The notes beneath the pieces were generated by a model. It searched no databases and was not told where the DNA came from. It saw nothing but the letters and a program-made list of their open reading frames with translations. From positions 128,001 through 192,000 of the forward strand of contig CBFGTS010000007.1 in the NCBI GenBank assembly GCA_965652295.1: a stretch of 64,000 nt of DNA, in the 5' to 3' direction. The translations under genes were made by a program, and so were the position numbers. Source of the stretch: an uncultured Haloferula sp. GTDB lineage: Bacteria > Verrucomicrobiota > Verrucomicrobiia > Verrucomicrobiales > Akkermansiaceae. Of the stretch, positions 40,523 through 50,691 are shown piece after piece. Each line of letters starts with the position of its first letter. The stretch's first letter is position 1.

Positions 40523-42039
40523 GCGGCAAAAAGAACGAGGGAATCTGTTATCTGGTCGGAGCCGGCCCCGGCGATCTGGGACTGGTCACGCTGCGCGCCA
40601 GGGAGTGCGTGGAGAACGCGGACGTGGTGATTTACGACGCGCTTAGTAGCCCGCAGATCCTGCGTTGGATGAAGAAAGGCGCGGAGAAAGTCTACGTGGG
40701 CAAGCGGGCGAAAAACCACGCGCTGAGTCAGGATGAGATCAACGCCTTGATCGTGGATCGCACCAAGGCCGGACTGAATGTGGTGCGGCTGAAGGGTGGC
40801 GACCCGATGATCTTCGGCCGCGGCGGCGAGGAGGCCGCCGAGCTGGCGGAGGCGGGCGTGGCCTTCGAGATCGTGCCGGGCATCAGTTCATCGATCGGCG
40901 GTCCGGCCTACGCGGGCATCCCGGTGACGCACCGCGACCATTGCTCGCAGCTGACGATTTTCACCGGCCATGAGGACCCGACGAAGGAGGAAAGCTCGAT
41001 CGACTATGCCCAGATCGCCAACGCCCCGGGGACCAAGGTTTTTCTGATGGGTGTGGCGCGGCTGCGCTCGATTTGTGAGTCGCTGGTGAAGGGTGGCGCG
41101 AAGCCGGAGACGCCGATCGCGCTGGTGCGCTGGGCCACGACCGGGTCGCAGAAAACCATGGTGGGCACGCTTGCGGACATCGCCGATATCGCCGAAGCGC
41201 AGGATTTCCAGAGTCCGGCGGTGGCGGTGATCGGGGACGTGGTGAAGGAGCGGGCGAAGATCAACTGGTTCGAAAAGCGGCCGCTTTTCGGCAAACGGAT
41301 CGTGGTCACCCGGACCCGCGAGCAGGCGGGCGGGCTGAGCCGCGAGTTGGCCGGCCTGGGTGCCGACGTGATCGAGCTGCCGACCATCCGGATCGAGCCG
41401 CCCGACGACCGCCAGGGCTTCGCCGACACGGTGACGCATGCGCACGAATACGACTGGCTCGTTTTTTCCAGCCCCAATGGAGTCGAGCGGTTCTTCGATG
41501 GGTTCTTCTCGGTCTTCGAGGACGCCCGGACTTTGGGAAATCCGAAGATCGCGGTGATCGGCGAGGGGACGGCGGCGAAGGTGAAGGAGTACCGCTTTGG
41601 TGTGGACCTGATCCCGAAACGCTTCGTGGCCGAGGGCTTGGTCGAGGCATTCGAAGAGGAATCGATCGAGAACCTGACCGTGCTTTGGGTGCGGGGGCAG
41701 GAAGCGCGGGATGTGATTTACGACGGCTTGTTGAAACAGGGGGCGATCATCGATGAATGCATCGCCTACAAGACCGTGCCGGAAACGGATGACCCGACCG
41801 GTGCCGCGGCGGGGCTGGAGGAGGAAGGTGCCGACCTGATCACCTTTACCTCGAGTTCGACGGTGGAGCATTTCTTCAAACTCGGCGTGCCGTGGCCGGA
41901 AGGCTGCGTGGCCGGGAGCATCGGGCCGGTGACCAGCGAGACGCTGCGTAAGCACGGCGTGGAACCGGCGTTCGAGGCGAAGAAGCACGACATCCCGGGC
42001 CTCGTCGCAGCGATCCGGAAGTGGGCGAAAGCGAAGTGA
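40519..42039 (+). CDS. cobA: Uroporphyrinogen-III C-methyltransferase / uroporphyrinogen-III synthase fusion
   Basis: GAGPGD, RLKGGDP, GIPVTHR, followed by HemD motifs VTRT, FSSPNGV, FTSSSTV, SIGPVT. Confidence 0.93.
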   Translation: MSGKKNEGICYLVGAGPGDLGLVTLRARECVENADVVIYDALSSPQILRWMKKGAEKVYVGKRAKNHALSQDEINALIVDRTKAGLNVVRLKGGDPMIFGRGGEEAAELAEAGVAFEIVPGISSSIGGPAYAGIPVTHRDHCSQLTIFTGHEDPTKEESSIDYAQIANAPGTKVFLMGVARLRSICESLVKGGAKPETPIALVRWATTGSQKTMVGTLADIADIAEAQDFQSPAVAVIGDVVKERAKINWFEKRPLFGKRIVVTRTREQAGGLSRELAGLGADVIELPTIRIEPPDDRQGFADTVTHAHEYDWLVFSSPNGVERFFDGFFSVFEDARTLGNPKIAVIGEGTAAKVKEYRFGVDLIPKRFVAEGLVEAFEEESIENLTVLWVRGQEARDVIYDGLLKQGAIIDECIAYKTVPETDDPTGAAAGLEEEGADLITFTSSSTVEHFFKLGVPWPEGCVAGSIGPVTSETLRKHGVEPAFEAKKHDIPGLVAAIRKWAKAK

Positions 42040-42054
42040 TGTTTCCGTTCCACG

Positions 42055-42687
42055 CTACCGCTCGGCGATCAAGCCGGGCGGAGTGCCGTAGCCGACGAGC
42101 CGGGATTTCGAGTCGGCGCGGGGCACCCTGAGATCATACACGCCGAAGCCGCAGCGGGGGACGCCGCGGTAGCTGCGGCCGTCGGTGGAACCGATCATCA
42201 CCGCCCGGCCGTCTTTTTCCCGGCCGAGGAACATCTGGACGTGGGTGATCTTGTTGGTCCGGCCGTCGGTGGGTTCGTAGGTGCCGGACCAGAAGATGAG
42301 ATCGCCGGGCTGGAGCTTGGAGAATGCGGGGTGGGTGAGGTCGCGGGCTTCGGCGGGGACGGTGGTCAGCTTGCCGGCGTCCTTGATCCAGTCGTACTGG
42401 CCGGCGGAAGTGCGGGGCGGGTCGATGTCCGCCTTCTTTAGCAGGAAAAACATGGAGCCGGAGCAATCGAAGCCTCCGCGCGTGGGATCGGCGCTGCCGT
42501 AGATGTATTCGTCGAGGGCGAACTCGCGGGCGGTGTCGAGCGCATCACTGATGAGTTGCTTTCGTTCGGGGGCGAGGTCGGCGGGCAGCGCGAGGGCATC
42601 GATCGCGATCACGGCCGGCTTTTCCCTCGGCGCGGCAGCGGCGGGAAGGAGGAGCAGCAGGACGGCGGCGAAGAGACGGGACACCAT
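42055..42687 (-). CDS. NlpC/P60 family cell-wall peptidase
   Basis: GFDCSG, PRTS, PGDLIF, HV; signal peptide. Confidence 0.88.
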   Translation of the reverse strand: MVSRLFAAVLLLLLPAAAAPREKPAVIAIDALALPADLAPERKQLISDALDTAREFALDEYIYGSADPTRGGFDCSGSMFFLLKKADIDPPRTSAGQYDWIKDAGKLTTVPAEARDLTHPAFSKLQPGDLIFWSGTYEPTDGRTNKITHVQMFLGREKDGRAVMIGSTDGRSYRGVPRCGFGVYDLRVPRADSKSRLVGYGTPPGLIAER

Positions 42688-42725
42688 GCGAGCACGTTAG
42701 AGGCGATCTGGTTGGACTGCGAGCT

Positions 42726-45242
42726 TCAGCTTGTTTCAGCGGGCAGCACGAGGCTGACGCAGGGCGGAGCGGCAAGCAGGCGAGCGGCGGCTTCGCGGAC
42801 CTCGGTCGCGGTCAGCGCTTGGTAGATGCCGGTCAGCTCGCGATGATGCGTGGCGGGCAGGCCGAAGAGCGTATCGATGGCGGCGTGGCGGGCGATGGAG
42901 CCGGGCGATTGCTGATCGAGCGCGGTGGCGGAGAGCACGGTGGCGCGAACGCGCTCGAAAGCCTCGTCCGGGATGCCGGCGGTGGCGAGCTTTTCGATTT
43001 CCGCGACCAACTCACGGCGGGCGAGCTCCACCTGCCCGGGATCAGTGGCCATGTAGAAGGCGAATAGACCGGTATCGAAGCCGTGGAACTGGGTGGCACC
43101 GACGCGGTAGGCGAGCCCGAGGTCCTCGCGGATGCGCATGAAAAGCGGTCCGGCCATGTCGCTGCACCATTCTTGCAGGAAGCGGAGCGCGTGGCGGTCG
43201 GCATCGAGCGCGGCGCAACCGCGGTAACCGAGGGCGAGCACGGCCTGCTTTTTGTCCAGCCGACTGATGCGTTCGGCGGGATCGGGGATCTGCGAGGAAC
43301 CGGGCAGCCAGGGAGCGCCGCCGGGGAGGTTTTCAAATGCGGCGGTGAAAAGCGTGCGGGCCTCGGCGGGATCGAAGTCACCCGCCAGGGCGAGCGCGAC
43401 ATTCGGGCCGCGGAAATGCAGCGAGTGGTGGGCGGCCAGCGCGAGGCGGTCGAGGGCGGCCAGCGATTCCTCGGTGCCGAGCGAGGAGAGCCCGTAGCCG
43501 GAATCACCGAAAACCAGCCGGCGCATTTCGCGGAAGCCGCATGACAACGGGTCGTCGAGACTTTCGCGCAGCGAGGCGAGCTGTGAGGCCCGCTCGCGAT
43601 CGATCGCCTCGGAGGGCAACGCGGGCGAGCCGAGGATTTCCCCGAACAGCGGCACCAGCGTGGCGAGGTCGCCGGAAAGGCCGGACAGCTGGGCGATGAT
43701 CGAATTGTTCCCGGCGGAGGCGTGGAACGAGGCACCGAGAGATTCCAGCAAGCGGGCGAGTTCGGCCGCGTCGAGGCGCAGGGTGCCGTGGGGCAGGGTG
43801 GCGGCGAGCAGGCGGTTGACGCCGGCGGTGGCGGGGGTTTCCGCGGGGGCGCCGGAGCGGATCGCCGCTTGCAGCGAAATCAGAGGAACCCGCGGATCGG
43901 GCAGCAGGGAAAGCGTGACGCCATTCGGCAGCGTGAAGGTCTCCGGTGCGGGTGGGACCGACGCGATCTTGAGCGTCGCGGCGGGCGCGGGTGCGTCCTC
44001 GGGATCGAGGAACGTGACCGTTGCTGGGGTGGAAAGCAGGCGGGCGATGGCGCGGCGGACGTCGGCCGGAGTGACCTGATCGAGCGCGTGCAGGTAGTGG
44101 CGGGTGAAGTCGAGGTCGCGGGCCTCGTGCCAGTTCGAGGCGAGGTCGGAGGCGCGGCCTGAAACGGTGGTCAGCGTTTTGAACTGGGCGCTGGCGATCT
44201 GGCGGCGGGCTTTGTCGAGATCCTCCTGAAGCTCGGTGGCGGGGAAGGCGGCAAGCAGCTCGCGGATGGCGGCGAGGAGTTCGTCGCGATGCTCCGGCAG
44301 GACCTCGGCGGAGACGGCGAAGAGCCCGGTGGCCGCGGCGGGCGACCACGACCAGGCGCTGATTTCCAAGGCCAGGGGGCGGTCTTCACGCAGCGCGCGG
44401 TAGAGTCGCGCGGAGCGGCCTTTTCCCAGGATGGCGGCGGCGAGATCCAGCGCGGGCTGGTCCTCGTGACCGGCGGGCGGGGTTTTCCAGGCGAGGGTCA
44501 GGCGTGTGGCCGGGACGGCGAAGGTGGCGCGGCCGAGCCGTGGCGAAAGCTGATCCGGCTCCGTCGGGGGTTCAGGCTCGGCGGCCATGCCGCGGGGCAG
44601 GGCACCGAAGAGGGCGTTGATCTTTTCCCGGACCAACGCGGGGTCGAAATCGCCGGCGAGGCACAGGCACGCGCGGTTCGCGGTGTAGCGCGCGGCGTGG
44701 TAGCTACGAAGGTCGTCGTAGGTGATGAGGTCGAAGAGCTCGCGGTGGCCGATGACCGGCTGGCGGCGGGCGTCGCGGGTGTAGACCGTCTCGAACAGCA
44801 GCCGGTGGTCGCGGTCGTCGGGATCGTCCAGCCCCATGTCGATCTCGCGGCGGATGACGTCCTTTTCCTTCTCGAACTCCGACTCGGGCAGGTGCGGGTG
44901 GAAGACCATGGCGGCGAGCACTTCCAGAAAGGCATCGAGTCCGCTCGCCGGGCCATCGATGTAGTAAACGGTGCGATCAAAGGTGGTGTAGGCATTCCAA
45001 TGCCCGCCGGCGGCCTGCACCGACTCGGCCAGCTCGCTGGAGCTGAAGTCACCCCCGCCTTTGAAGACCATGTGCTCAAGGAAGTGCGAAACGCCGGAGC
45101 CGAGCAGGCGGTTCTCGTGGATGGAGCCTGTTTCCACCCAGACCTGGGCGGAGACGACCGGTGCGGCGGGCGACGGATCGAGGATCAGGGTGAGGCCGTT
45201 GGAGAGCGTTTCGAGCGTGGCAGAGGTCGCGGGGAAATCCAT
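42726..45242 (-). CDS. M16 family zinc peptidase (pitrilysin-like)
   Basis: HFLEH inverted zincin motif, NAYT, and an inactive second half; start taken at MDFPAT. Confidence 0.92.
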   Translation of the reverse strand: MDFPATSATLETLSNGLTLILDPSPAAPVVSAQVWVETGSIHENRLLGSGVSHFLEHMVFKGGGDFSSSELAESVQAAGGHWNAYTTFDRTVYYIDGPASGLDAFLEVLAAMVFHPHLPESEFEKEKDVIRREIDMGLDDPDDRDHRLLFETVYTRDARRQPVIGHRELFDLITYDDLRSYHAARYTANRACLCLAGDFDPALVREKINALFGALPRGMAAEPEPPTEPDQLSPRLGRATFAVPATRLTLAWKTPPAGHEDQPALDLAAAILGKGRSARLYRALREDRPLALEISAWSWSPAAATGLFAVSAEVLPEHRDELLAAIRELLAAFPATELQEDLDKARRQIASAQFKTLTTVSGRASDLASNWHEARDLDFTRHYLHALDQVTPADVRRAIARLLSTPATVTFLDPEDAPAPAATLKIASVPPAPETFTLPNGVTLSLLPDPRVPLISLQAAIRSGAPAETPATAGVNRLLAATLPHGTLRLDAAELARLLESLGASFHASAGNNSIIAQLSGLSGDLATLVPLFGEILGSPALPSEAIDRERASQLASLRESLDDPLSCGFREMRRLVFGDSGYGLSSLGTEESLAALDRLALAAHHSLHFRGPNVALALAGDFDPAEARTLFTAAFENLPGGAPWLPGSSQIPDPAERISRLDKKQAVLALGYRGCAALDADRHALRFLQEWCSDMAGPLFMRIREDLGLAYRVGATQFHGFDTGLFAFYMATDPGQVELARRELVAEIEKLATAGIPDEAFERVRATVLSATALDQQSPGSIARHAAIDTLFGLPATHHRELTGIYQALTATEVREAAARLLAAPPCVSLVLPAETS

Positions 45243-45354
45243 GTGCGGCCAACAGGCCATCGGGCGCGGGCGGGGGAAAGGGGAAATTTCGACGTCCGGC
45301 CGTGGACGGGTTTCGCTCTTGGATTCCCGCCGGGTCCCGGCTAGTTCAGGATGC

Positions 45355-45801
45355 ATGAATCGAAACGTGGCGATGTGGTTGTGGTTGGGCGTGCTGGCGC
45401 TGATGCTGCTCGGGTCCGGTGCCATCGGTTACAAGCTGTATCGCCGCGCGCAGGCGAAGAAGCTGATGCAGTGGGAGGGGAAGATGGTGCTGGCCACGCC
45501 CGAGGGGATGCCGGTCGAGAAACTCGCCGAATGGGCCGGGGAAATGGACGCACGGATGGATCGCGACGAGGTCGTGCGGCCGGTGGTGGAGGAGCTCCAG
45601 CTCGTTTCGCGCTGGCAGCTGCCGGATGAGCCGGCGGCCATGGAGCGGTTGAAAACCTCGACCCGCATCATTGTGGAGAACAATCAAATCGTGTTTGCCG
45701 TGCGGGATAAGGACAAAGAACTGATCACCGGCCTTCAGAAATCGCTGGGCCAATCCTACGACCGGGTGGTGAAAGCGGAGCAGGGACTGGATTCCCCATG
45801 A
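45355..45801 (+). CDS. Hypothetical protein with N-terminal membrane anchor
   Basis: Plausible ORF overlapping the next gene by 4 nt. Confidence 0.65.
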   Translation: MNRNVAMWLWLGVLALMLLGSGAIGYKLYRRAQAKKLMQWEGKMVLATPEGMPVEKLAEWAGEMDARMDRDEVVRPVVEELQLVSRWQLPDEPAAMERLKTSTRIIVENNQIVFAVRDKDKELITGLQKSLGQSYDRVVKAEQGLDSP

Positions 45802-46184
45802 GCGACGAGCTGGATCCGTATGCGCCGCCGGCGGATCTGGGAAAGGACGCGCGGGCGGAGAAGGCGGCTTTCAAGGAGCTGGTGGTCGCTTGGGAGAAGC
45901 TGCGGCTCGTTTACAACGCGCTGCTGCTGGTTCCCGGCCTGGCCGTGCTCGGTGCCTATCTGGCGCAGGATCTGATGAGCCTGGGAGCTGCGATTTTCAG
46001 CGGCGTGGCGGTGGCTGTGGGAGCGAACGTGGCATTTCTGTTAGGCCCGCTGGCCGAGCTCTACCTGCGCGGCTTGTTTCGGAATGGCGAAGCGCTCGGC
46101 CGCGGCCGATGGCTGATTTTCGGCGCGGGCCTGGTCGTTTCCGCCGGGGTCTTCGGGATCTCGCTGCTGGTGGCGCTGGCTTGA
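45798..46184 (+). CDS. Hypothetical membrane protein
   Basis: DPYAPP N-terminus, WEKLRLVYN, 3 TM helices. Confidence 0.7.
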   Translation: MSDELDPYAPPADLGKDARAEKAAFKELVVAWEKLRLVYNALLLVPGLAVLGAYLAQDLMSLGAAIFSGVAVAVGANVAFLLGPLAELYLRGLFRNGEALGRGRWLIFGAGLVVSAGVFGISLLVALA

Positions 46185-46326
46185 AGAGAGCGGCGCCGAT
46201 GGAGCGCCGATTATGAAATCGGCACGGATGGTCCTGTGAACCGATATTCTCAAACCATGGTGGGATCGATCTTCGCAGCAGTAGCATGGCCGAGGCCGGG
46301 ATCGTTGTGGACTCCGGCGTTCGGGA
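46100..46326 (+). repeat. Diverged direct repeat, copy A (3' end of upstream gene plus palindromic element)
   Basis: Aligns by eye with 47390-47615; core ggagcgccgattatgaaatcggcacggatggtcc is identical. Confidence 0.85.
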
Positions 46327-46529
46327 AGGTTTCGGACTGTGGAACGGTTTCGCTTCTCGGAAGGAGTAAGTCATCTGCGCCAGGCCGATTTTTAACGATC
46401 CGCCCGTTCTCATCCAATTCATCCTGATTATCGGGTTCATCATGCTTTCGACGTCCTTTGATGCTGTCTGGTTTCTGATAGAGAAACTTTGATTCTTATG
46501 CTGAGTCTTTTCGGGTTTGACATGGAAGG

Positions 46530-47348
46530 ATGATTGTTGGCGGTATCTCCGGCGTGAAAAAGATGATGATTCCCGTGGGTTTGACGGCGCTTCTGACAAA
46601 TGCCGCCGTTGGGACGGTCCTCACTGATTTCAACAGCGGCTCAGTCGTTGCGGATTTCCTGTTCGATGACGTGAACGGGACGTCTATCGAAAGCACGGTG
46701 AACTCGGCGAATGGTTCGCTGACGTGGGACACCGATCTGGACATGGGGGGCGCGACTACGAACGGATCCGGGCAGTTCGACGGGTCGGGCAAGGCCAATA
46801 CCGAGTTCGCTTCTGTCTACGTCGATGTCGCCACCATCACCACCGGAAGGGTGATCGCCCTATTCGAGGTGAGTTGGGACTTCAACCAAACGATTTATAA
46901 CCCGGCGGAGGACGAGGAATTCCGGTTGTCACTGATCACCTTCGATCCTCGTTCCACCTTCGTGACCACGGAGATCTACTTCCAGCGGACATCTGCAGAG
47001 CAGGTGACGCTCTTTGGTAATGCCGTCGGCACGGGGGCCTCAGATACGCCGAACGTGGTCTTCGGGGCAAGTGGTTCGCTCCTAACCCTCTTCGACGTCG
47101 ATCTCGATGCGGATACCGCCGAGCTTTTCTACTCCTCGGACAGCGGCGCCAGCTTCACCTCCGCCGGCTCGGCGGCACTCGATCCCGGCCGAGGTGTCGA
47201 CTCGCTTCGTCTCGTACTGAACGAGGATTTCGGTGACGACACGCTGCTGATCGAGAGAGTCGCACTTTCCGTGGTTCCGGAGCCCTCGGCTCTCATGCTG
47301 GTTTTGACCGGCCTACTTCCGCTGCTGAATCGCCGCCGCTCGGCGTGA
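46530..47348 (+). CDS. PEP-CTERM surface protein
   Basis: Signal peptide and C-terminal VVPEPS-TM-RRRSA; start may be 46554 or 46563. Confidence 0.88.
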   Translation: MIVGGISGVKKMMIPVGLTALLTNAAVGTVLTDFNSGSVVADFLFDDVNGTSIESTVNSANGSLTWDTDLDMGGATTNGSGQFDGSGKANTEFASVYVDVATITTGRVIALFEVSWDFNQTIYNPAEDEEFRLSLITFDPRSTFVTTEIYFQRTSAEQVTLFGNAVGTGASDTPNVVFGASGSLLTLFDVDLDADTAELFYSSDSGASFTSAGSAALDPGRGVDSLRLVLNEDFGDDTLLIERVALSVVPEPSALMLVLTGLLPLLNRRRSA

Positions 47349-47389
47349 TCGGTCTTGCCGAAAGCGGCTTGCCCAGCGCCGGTTCGCAC

Positions 47390-47615
47390 CCGCGGGCGAT
47401 GGCTGACTTTTTCGGCGCGGGTTTGGTCATTTCAACCGGCGTCTCTGGATCTCGCTGCTGCTGGCACTGGCTTGAGGGGAGCGTGATTGGTGGAGCGCCG
47501 ATTATGAAATCGGCACGGATGGTCCCTGAACCGATTTTCTCCAACAAAGGTGGATTCGTCCTCGCAGCGGTAGCATGGGTGCGGTCGACATGGTTGCGAA
47601 CTCCGGCGTTTCGGA
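47390..47615 (+). repeat. Diverged direct repeat, copy B
   Basis: Second copy of 46100-46326, including a frameshifted copy of the 3' end of the 45798-46184 gene. Confidence 0.85.
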
Positions 47616-47669
47616 TGAAGCGGAGGGAAAAGCACTCGTCGTGCTTCTGGTTCGGAGCCTCTGCTGGAT

Positions 47670-48269
47670 TCAGTGCCTTCTGCGTCGCGCCACAACCATG
47701 AGCGCCGAAAGCCCGAGGAGACCAACAGACGCCGGTTCTGGAACCAAGACCTGATCGCTGATCTCAAGCGAAAAGCCACCAAGGTAGGTCGTGCCGCCGT
47801 CGGTATCGTCGGTGAAGGTTCCAACCGTCAGCCACTCATAGGGCAGGGTGGTGGTCAGAGTGGTCACGCCCGAGGCCGAATAGGGTTCATTGAGAGACAT
47901 CACGCCATCGACATAGATTCGGAAGTCATCCTGATTGTCGCCGGTCGAGTCATTGTCCACTTGAATCCCGATGATCGACACAGTGTTCGTGATCGGAATC
48001 GGCGTGGTGAACATGTGATCGCTGTCGCTCGGATCGAAGGTATCGCTGAACGGGTTTCCCGTGAGGCCAAGCCACTGCTCGCCGAACGTGATTCCGTTGG
48101 TCAGCTGCGACGTGTGAGAAGATCCGGTGACGCCGCTTCCTGCGACGGCAACCACGGTGCCGCCGCTTCCGTCCGGGTGGAGCGTGATCGAAAGCGCGGC
48201 GTTTGCTTGGCTGGCTGAGAAAAAAGCTGAAGCGAACGCAATGGTGGGAAGAAGTGAGGATCTGGACAT
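47670..48269 (-). CDS. PEP-CTERM surface protein
   Basis: Signal peptide and C-terminal VPEPAS-TM-RRRH. Confidence 0.88.
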   Translation of the reverse strand: MSRSSLLPTIAFASAFFSASQANAALSITLHPDGSGGTVVAVAGSGVTGSSHTSQLTNGITFGEQWLGLTGNPFSDTFDPSDSDHMFTTPIPITNTVSIIGIQVDNDSTGDNQDDFRIYVDGVMSLNEPYSASGVTTLTTTLPYEWLTVGTFTDDTDGGTTYLGGFSLEISDQVLVPEPASVGLLGLSALMVVARRRRH

Positions 48270-48499
48270 GGGTCGGGATTCTAGACTTGGGGTGGAGGGA
48301 CGGTCAGGCCGTCTTCAAGTCCTATCGCGGACGTCGGGGTGGACATTTCACGTTTCTTAACAAAATTCGCTCTTCGATTGCGCGATTTTGCCGCTTCTCT
48401 ACCGCTTCGATCGGCAATTGCGATGCTGAGTCTGCTCAGATCCTGTCGAATCGGAGGTCCGGAAACGGGCTCACGATCCCATCCCGAAGCGCCGCCCCG

Positions 48500-48583
48500 T
48501 TCTGAGGTGGAAATGATTACCCATCAGCGCCCAGACATGCACCCGCCTCGTGATTTTCACAGGCATGCCCCAGTCGCTCCAAC
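48500..48583 (-). pseudogene. Fragment of REP-associated HUH/Y1 tyrosine transposase (RAYT-like)
   Basis: Manual translation gives LERLGHACENHE, a frameshift, then RVHVWALMGNHFHL, the MxNHxH HUH motif. Confidence 0.7.
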
Positions 48584-48899
48584 CGTGTCACGCGACCACA
48601 ACCGCGTCTCAAGTCGCTCTCGGCGTGAATTCAGAATTCTCGGACCCTCTTTCGCGCGCTGGGATCGGTCGCGACGAGGCGAAGATGGTGAATCGCAGCA
48701 GGAAGGACAATGACGGAAGAGCCCGATTCCGCCTCCTCATTTTTTGGGAAGCAGCGGCCCCGGCCAGGCAATTGGAGCTTCGATAACGTCGCGCATCTCG
48801 GCACACTTCTTCGGCATAGATACGCCCTGGTCGTCAAGAATCCAATCTTGCACGATCCACCCGCTCCATCCGTGTGGATAAAGTGCTTGCGGAAGACGC

Positions 48900-49195
48900 G
48901 GGCAATGGGGGCCCGGCGTCGCCTTGAAACGACGTGATCGGCGTTCGCCACCAGCAGCCGACTCACCGCCGAGGGCACCCGTCCCGGGCGCGGCCCGCGT
49001 GCCATTGATACCGCCAGTTCGAACCGGCCCGTCCGGCTCGATCCGCCCCCGAACGCCCTCGAAGTCAACTTCAAGAAATCCCTTGCGAAGCTCTGGTACT
49101 ACTGACCCCGAACGATTGACGGCGGGGGAGTTGGCGGGGTGCGGAAAGTGGCTGGACGAAGTCACTGCTGGCATCGTTGGTCCGGCGTCGCACCA
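48900..49195 (+). repeat. 296-bp near-identical direct repeat, copy 1
   Basis: Matches 50692-50987 with scattered substitutions. Confidence 0.92.
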
Positions 49196-49199
49196 GGGG

Positions 49200-49348
49200 A
49201 GGGCAGTGCTTGGAGGGGCGGAACGGCTCGGGCTTCGAGCGGGGGGTGATATGACACGAGAGCTGCGGCGGGTGAGGCCGGAGAGGAGCTTGAAAAGAGA
49301 GTTGGAGAGGCTGGACGAAATGCTCAATATCTCGGACCGGCCCCGATC
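49200..49348 (+). pseudogene. Probable C-terminal remnant of a RAYT-like transposase
   Basis: AERLGLR...TRELRR...LKRELERLDEMLNISD helical tail ending in ggaccggcccc; the same terminus recurs at about 51003-51030. Family assignment is by recall only. Confidence 0.45.
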
Positions 49349-49358
49349 GGGGGTCGCC

Positions 49359-49829
49359 TCAATCGCCTTTGGGTTCTGCTTTCTTCGTTTCTAGGTTGGA
49401 ATCCGCGACGTAGTGAACGCCCATCGAGTGTGCCCCAAGTATAACCACCCTCTTGTAGCCAACCTTCAGCATCTGCTTGGTGACCTCGTCAGCTCGCTCA
49501 CGGATGAACTCGTTATCGTCCCACATAACCGTCTTGTCGAAATAGACTACGATCAGAGACTTGTGCTTCTCGTCGGTCAGAAATTGCTCAATTTGATCAA
49601 ATTTGAGCTCAATCGGTGACCGAGTTCCACCTGTGATCACGCCGAGGCCAAGATCGAAATCCCTCGCCTTGTCATATCCGACTACTCTGTCCGCACTCTT
49701 CTCTAGCGTCCACATCGCATCTGCGGTGGCAGCATCTCCGTCGGCGAGAATCGGGTAGAAACCAAGGTTGAGGTCGTCAGCGCAGGCCTGTGAAGCGACT
49801 AATAGCAGTGCCAGAATTGAGCATTTCAT
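49359..49829 (-). CDS. Secreted hypothetical protein, integron-cassette-like
   Basis: Low-GC ORF with signal peptide MKCSILALLL; ATG lies 5 nt after an attC-like GTT core. Confidence 0.7.
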   Translation of the reverse strand: MKCSILALLLVASQACADDLNLGFYPILADGDAATADAMWTLEKSADRVVGYDKARDFDLGLGVITGGTRSPIELKFDQIEQFLTDEKHKSLIVVYFDKTVMWDDNEFIRERADEVTKQMLKVGYKRVVILGAHSMGVHYVADSNLETKKAEPKGD

Positions 49830-49834
49830 TTTTT

Positions 49835-49944
49835 CTGCAACGTAGAAGTAGTGACGCGCTCCACAAGGCGGAAACCGGGCCCCGGACCGAGGATCGAATT
49901 CAACTCGGGCGCTGTAGGGCGTCGCCACCCATGGCTTGCTCTGC
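49835..49944 (-). other. attC-like recombination site
   Basis: Minus strand reads GCAGAGC-aagccatgg...imperfect palindrome...acGTTGCAG, sitting between two same-strand ORFs. Confidence 0.55.
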
Positions 49945-50382
49945 TCGTTTGGTTTTGGATGTGAGGTGCCGCTGAACGAGTGCGCTGAAGAAGCCTGTTG
50001 CGCCTCCACAGATAGCAGCTAGAAGCCAGAGAAGGCTGAATGGATAGGCGCTGTTGAATCCACTACGACCCGCCATGATGAGAAGCCCCGCCACTGCGAA
50101 TAGCGGAATGCAAACCCACGGCCTCCAAAACACGCTGGCAGGGTGGACGAAGAGGAACAACGGAAGGACGAGAAGTAACCAGGTGAGGCCGACATACCAA
50201 ACTGAATACTGGCCGACAGTGAGAGGCATGAAGAACCACTGCGGTGACACGTCCGAGTAGGAGTAGTAGCGCAAAAACAAATAGACGAGCATCACGACCC
50301 ACCCTGCCAGAGCACATCCAAAGCTAAAGATCCCGCGATGAATTGCCCGAACGTCGGAGGGTCTGTTGTGGCGTGTCTTCAT
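49900..50382 (-). CDS. Hypothetical membrane protein, integron-cassette-like
   Basis: 4 TM helices, low GC; starts 5 nt after GTTCTGC and reads into the next attC-like site. Confidence 0.65.
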   Translation of the reverse strand: MKTRHNRPSDVRAIHRGIFSFGCALAGWVVMLVYLFLRYYSYSDVSPQWFFMPLTVGQYSVWYVGLTWLLLVLPLFLFVHPASVFWRPWVCIPLFAVAGLLIMAGRSGFNSAYPFSLLWLLAAICGGATGFFSALVQRHLTSKTKRAEQAMGGDALQRPS

Positions 50383-50387
50383 TCCTA

Positions 50388-50504
50388 GCAGAACGTCGAG
50401 GCCTCCTACGCCTGACCGGGGGCGAGGATTCGACTGTGGATTGAAGTTGTAGTGGTCATGGCGGCTGGAGCTGGAGGCGGGTCAGGCGTTAGGAGTCATG
50501 GCTT
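50388..50504 (-). other. attC-like recombination site (outer left box eroded)
   Basis: Minus-strand arms ctcctaacgcctgacc / ggtcaggcgtaggag pair with one unpaired base, followed by cctcgacGTTCTGC. Confidence 0.65.
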
Positions 50505-50691
50505 CCATGGAAGGCAGTCAACAGGGAATTGAAGTTCACTTCAACATTTCTTCACGACAACTGGGACGGACGGATCGCCCCCGGTCCGACCCCGGCGGAC
50601 GACGCCGGAGCACGGACCACGGCCGCAAGGTACTTCGCCACGAGCGCCTGCGCAGGCCGCCGGCCATGATGGCTCGTCTTACCAGTCCGCC

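Noticed and set aside
48631..49394. Overlapping ORFs inside the 296-bp repeat (also 50552-51096)
   Set aside because: Low-complexity translations whose ends differ between the two copies; treated as non-coding or remnant DNA.
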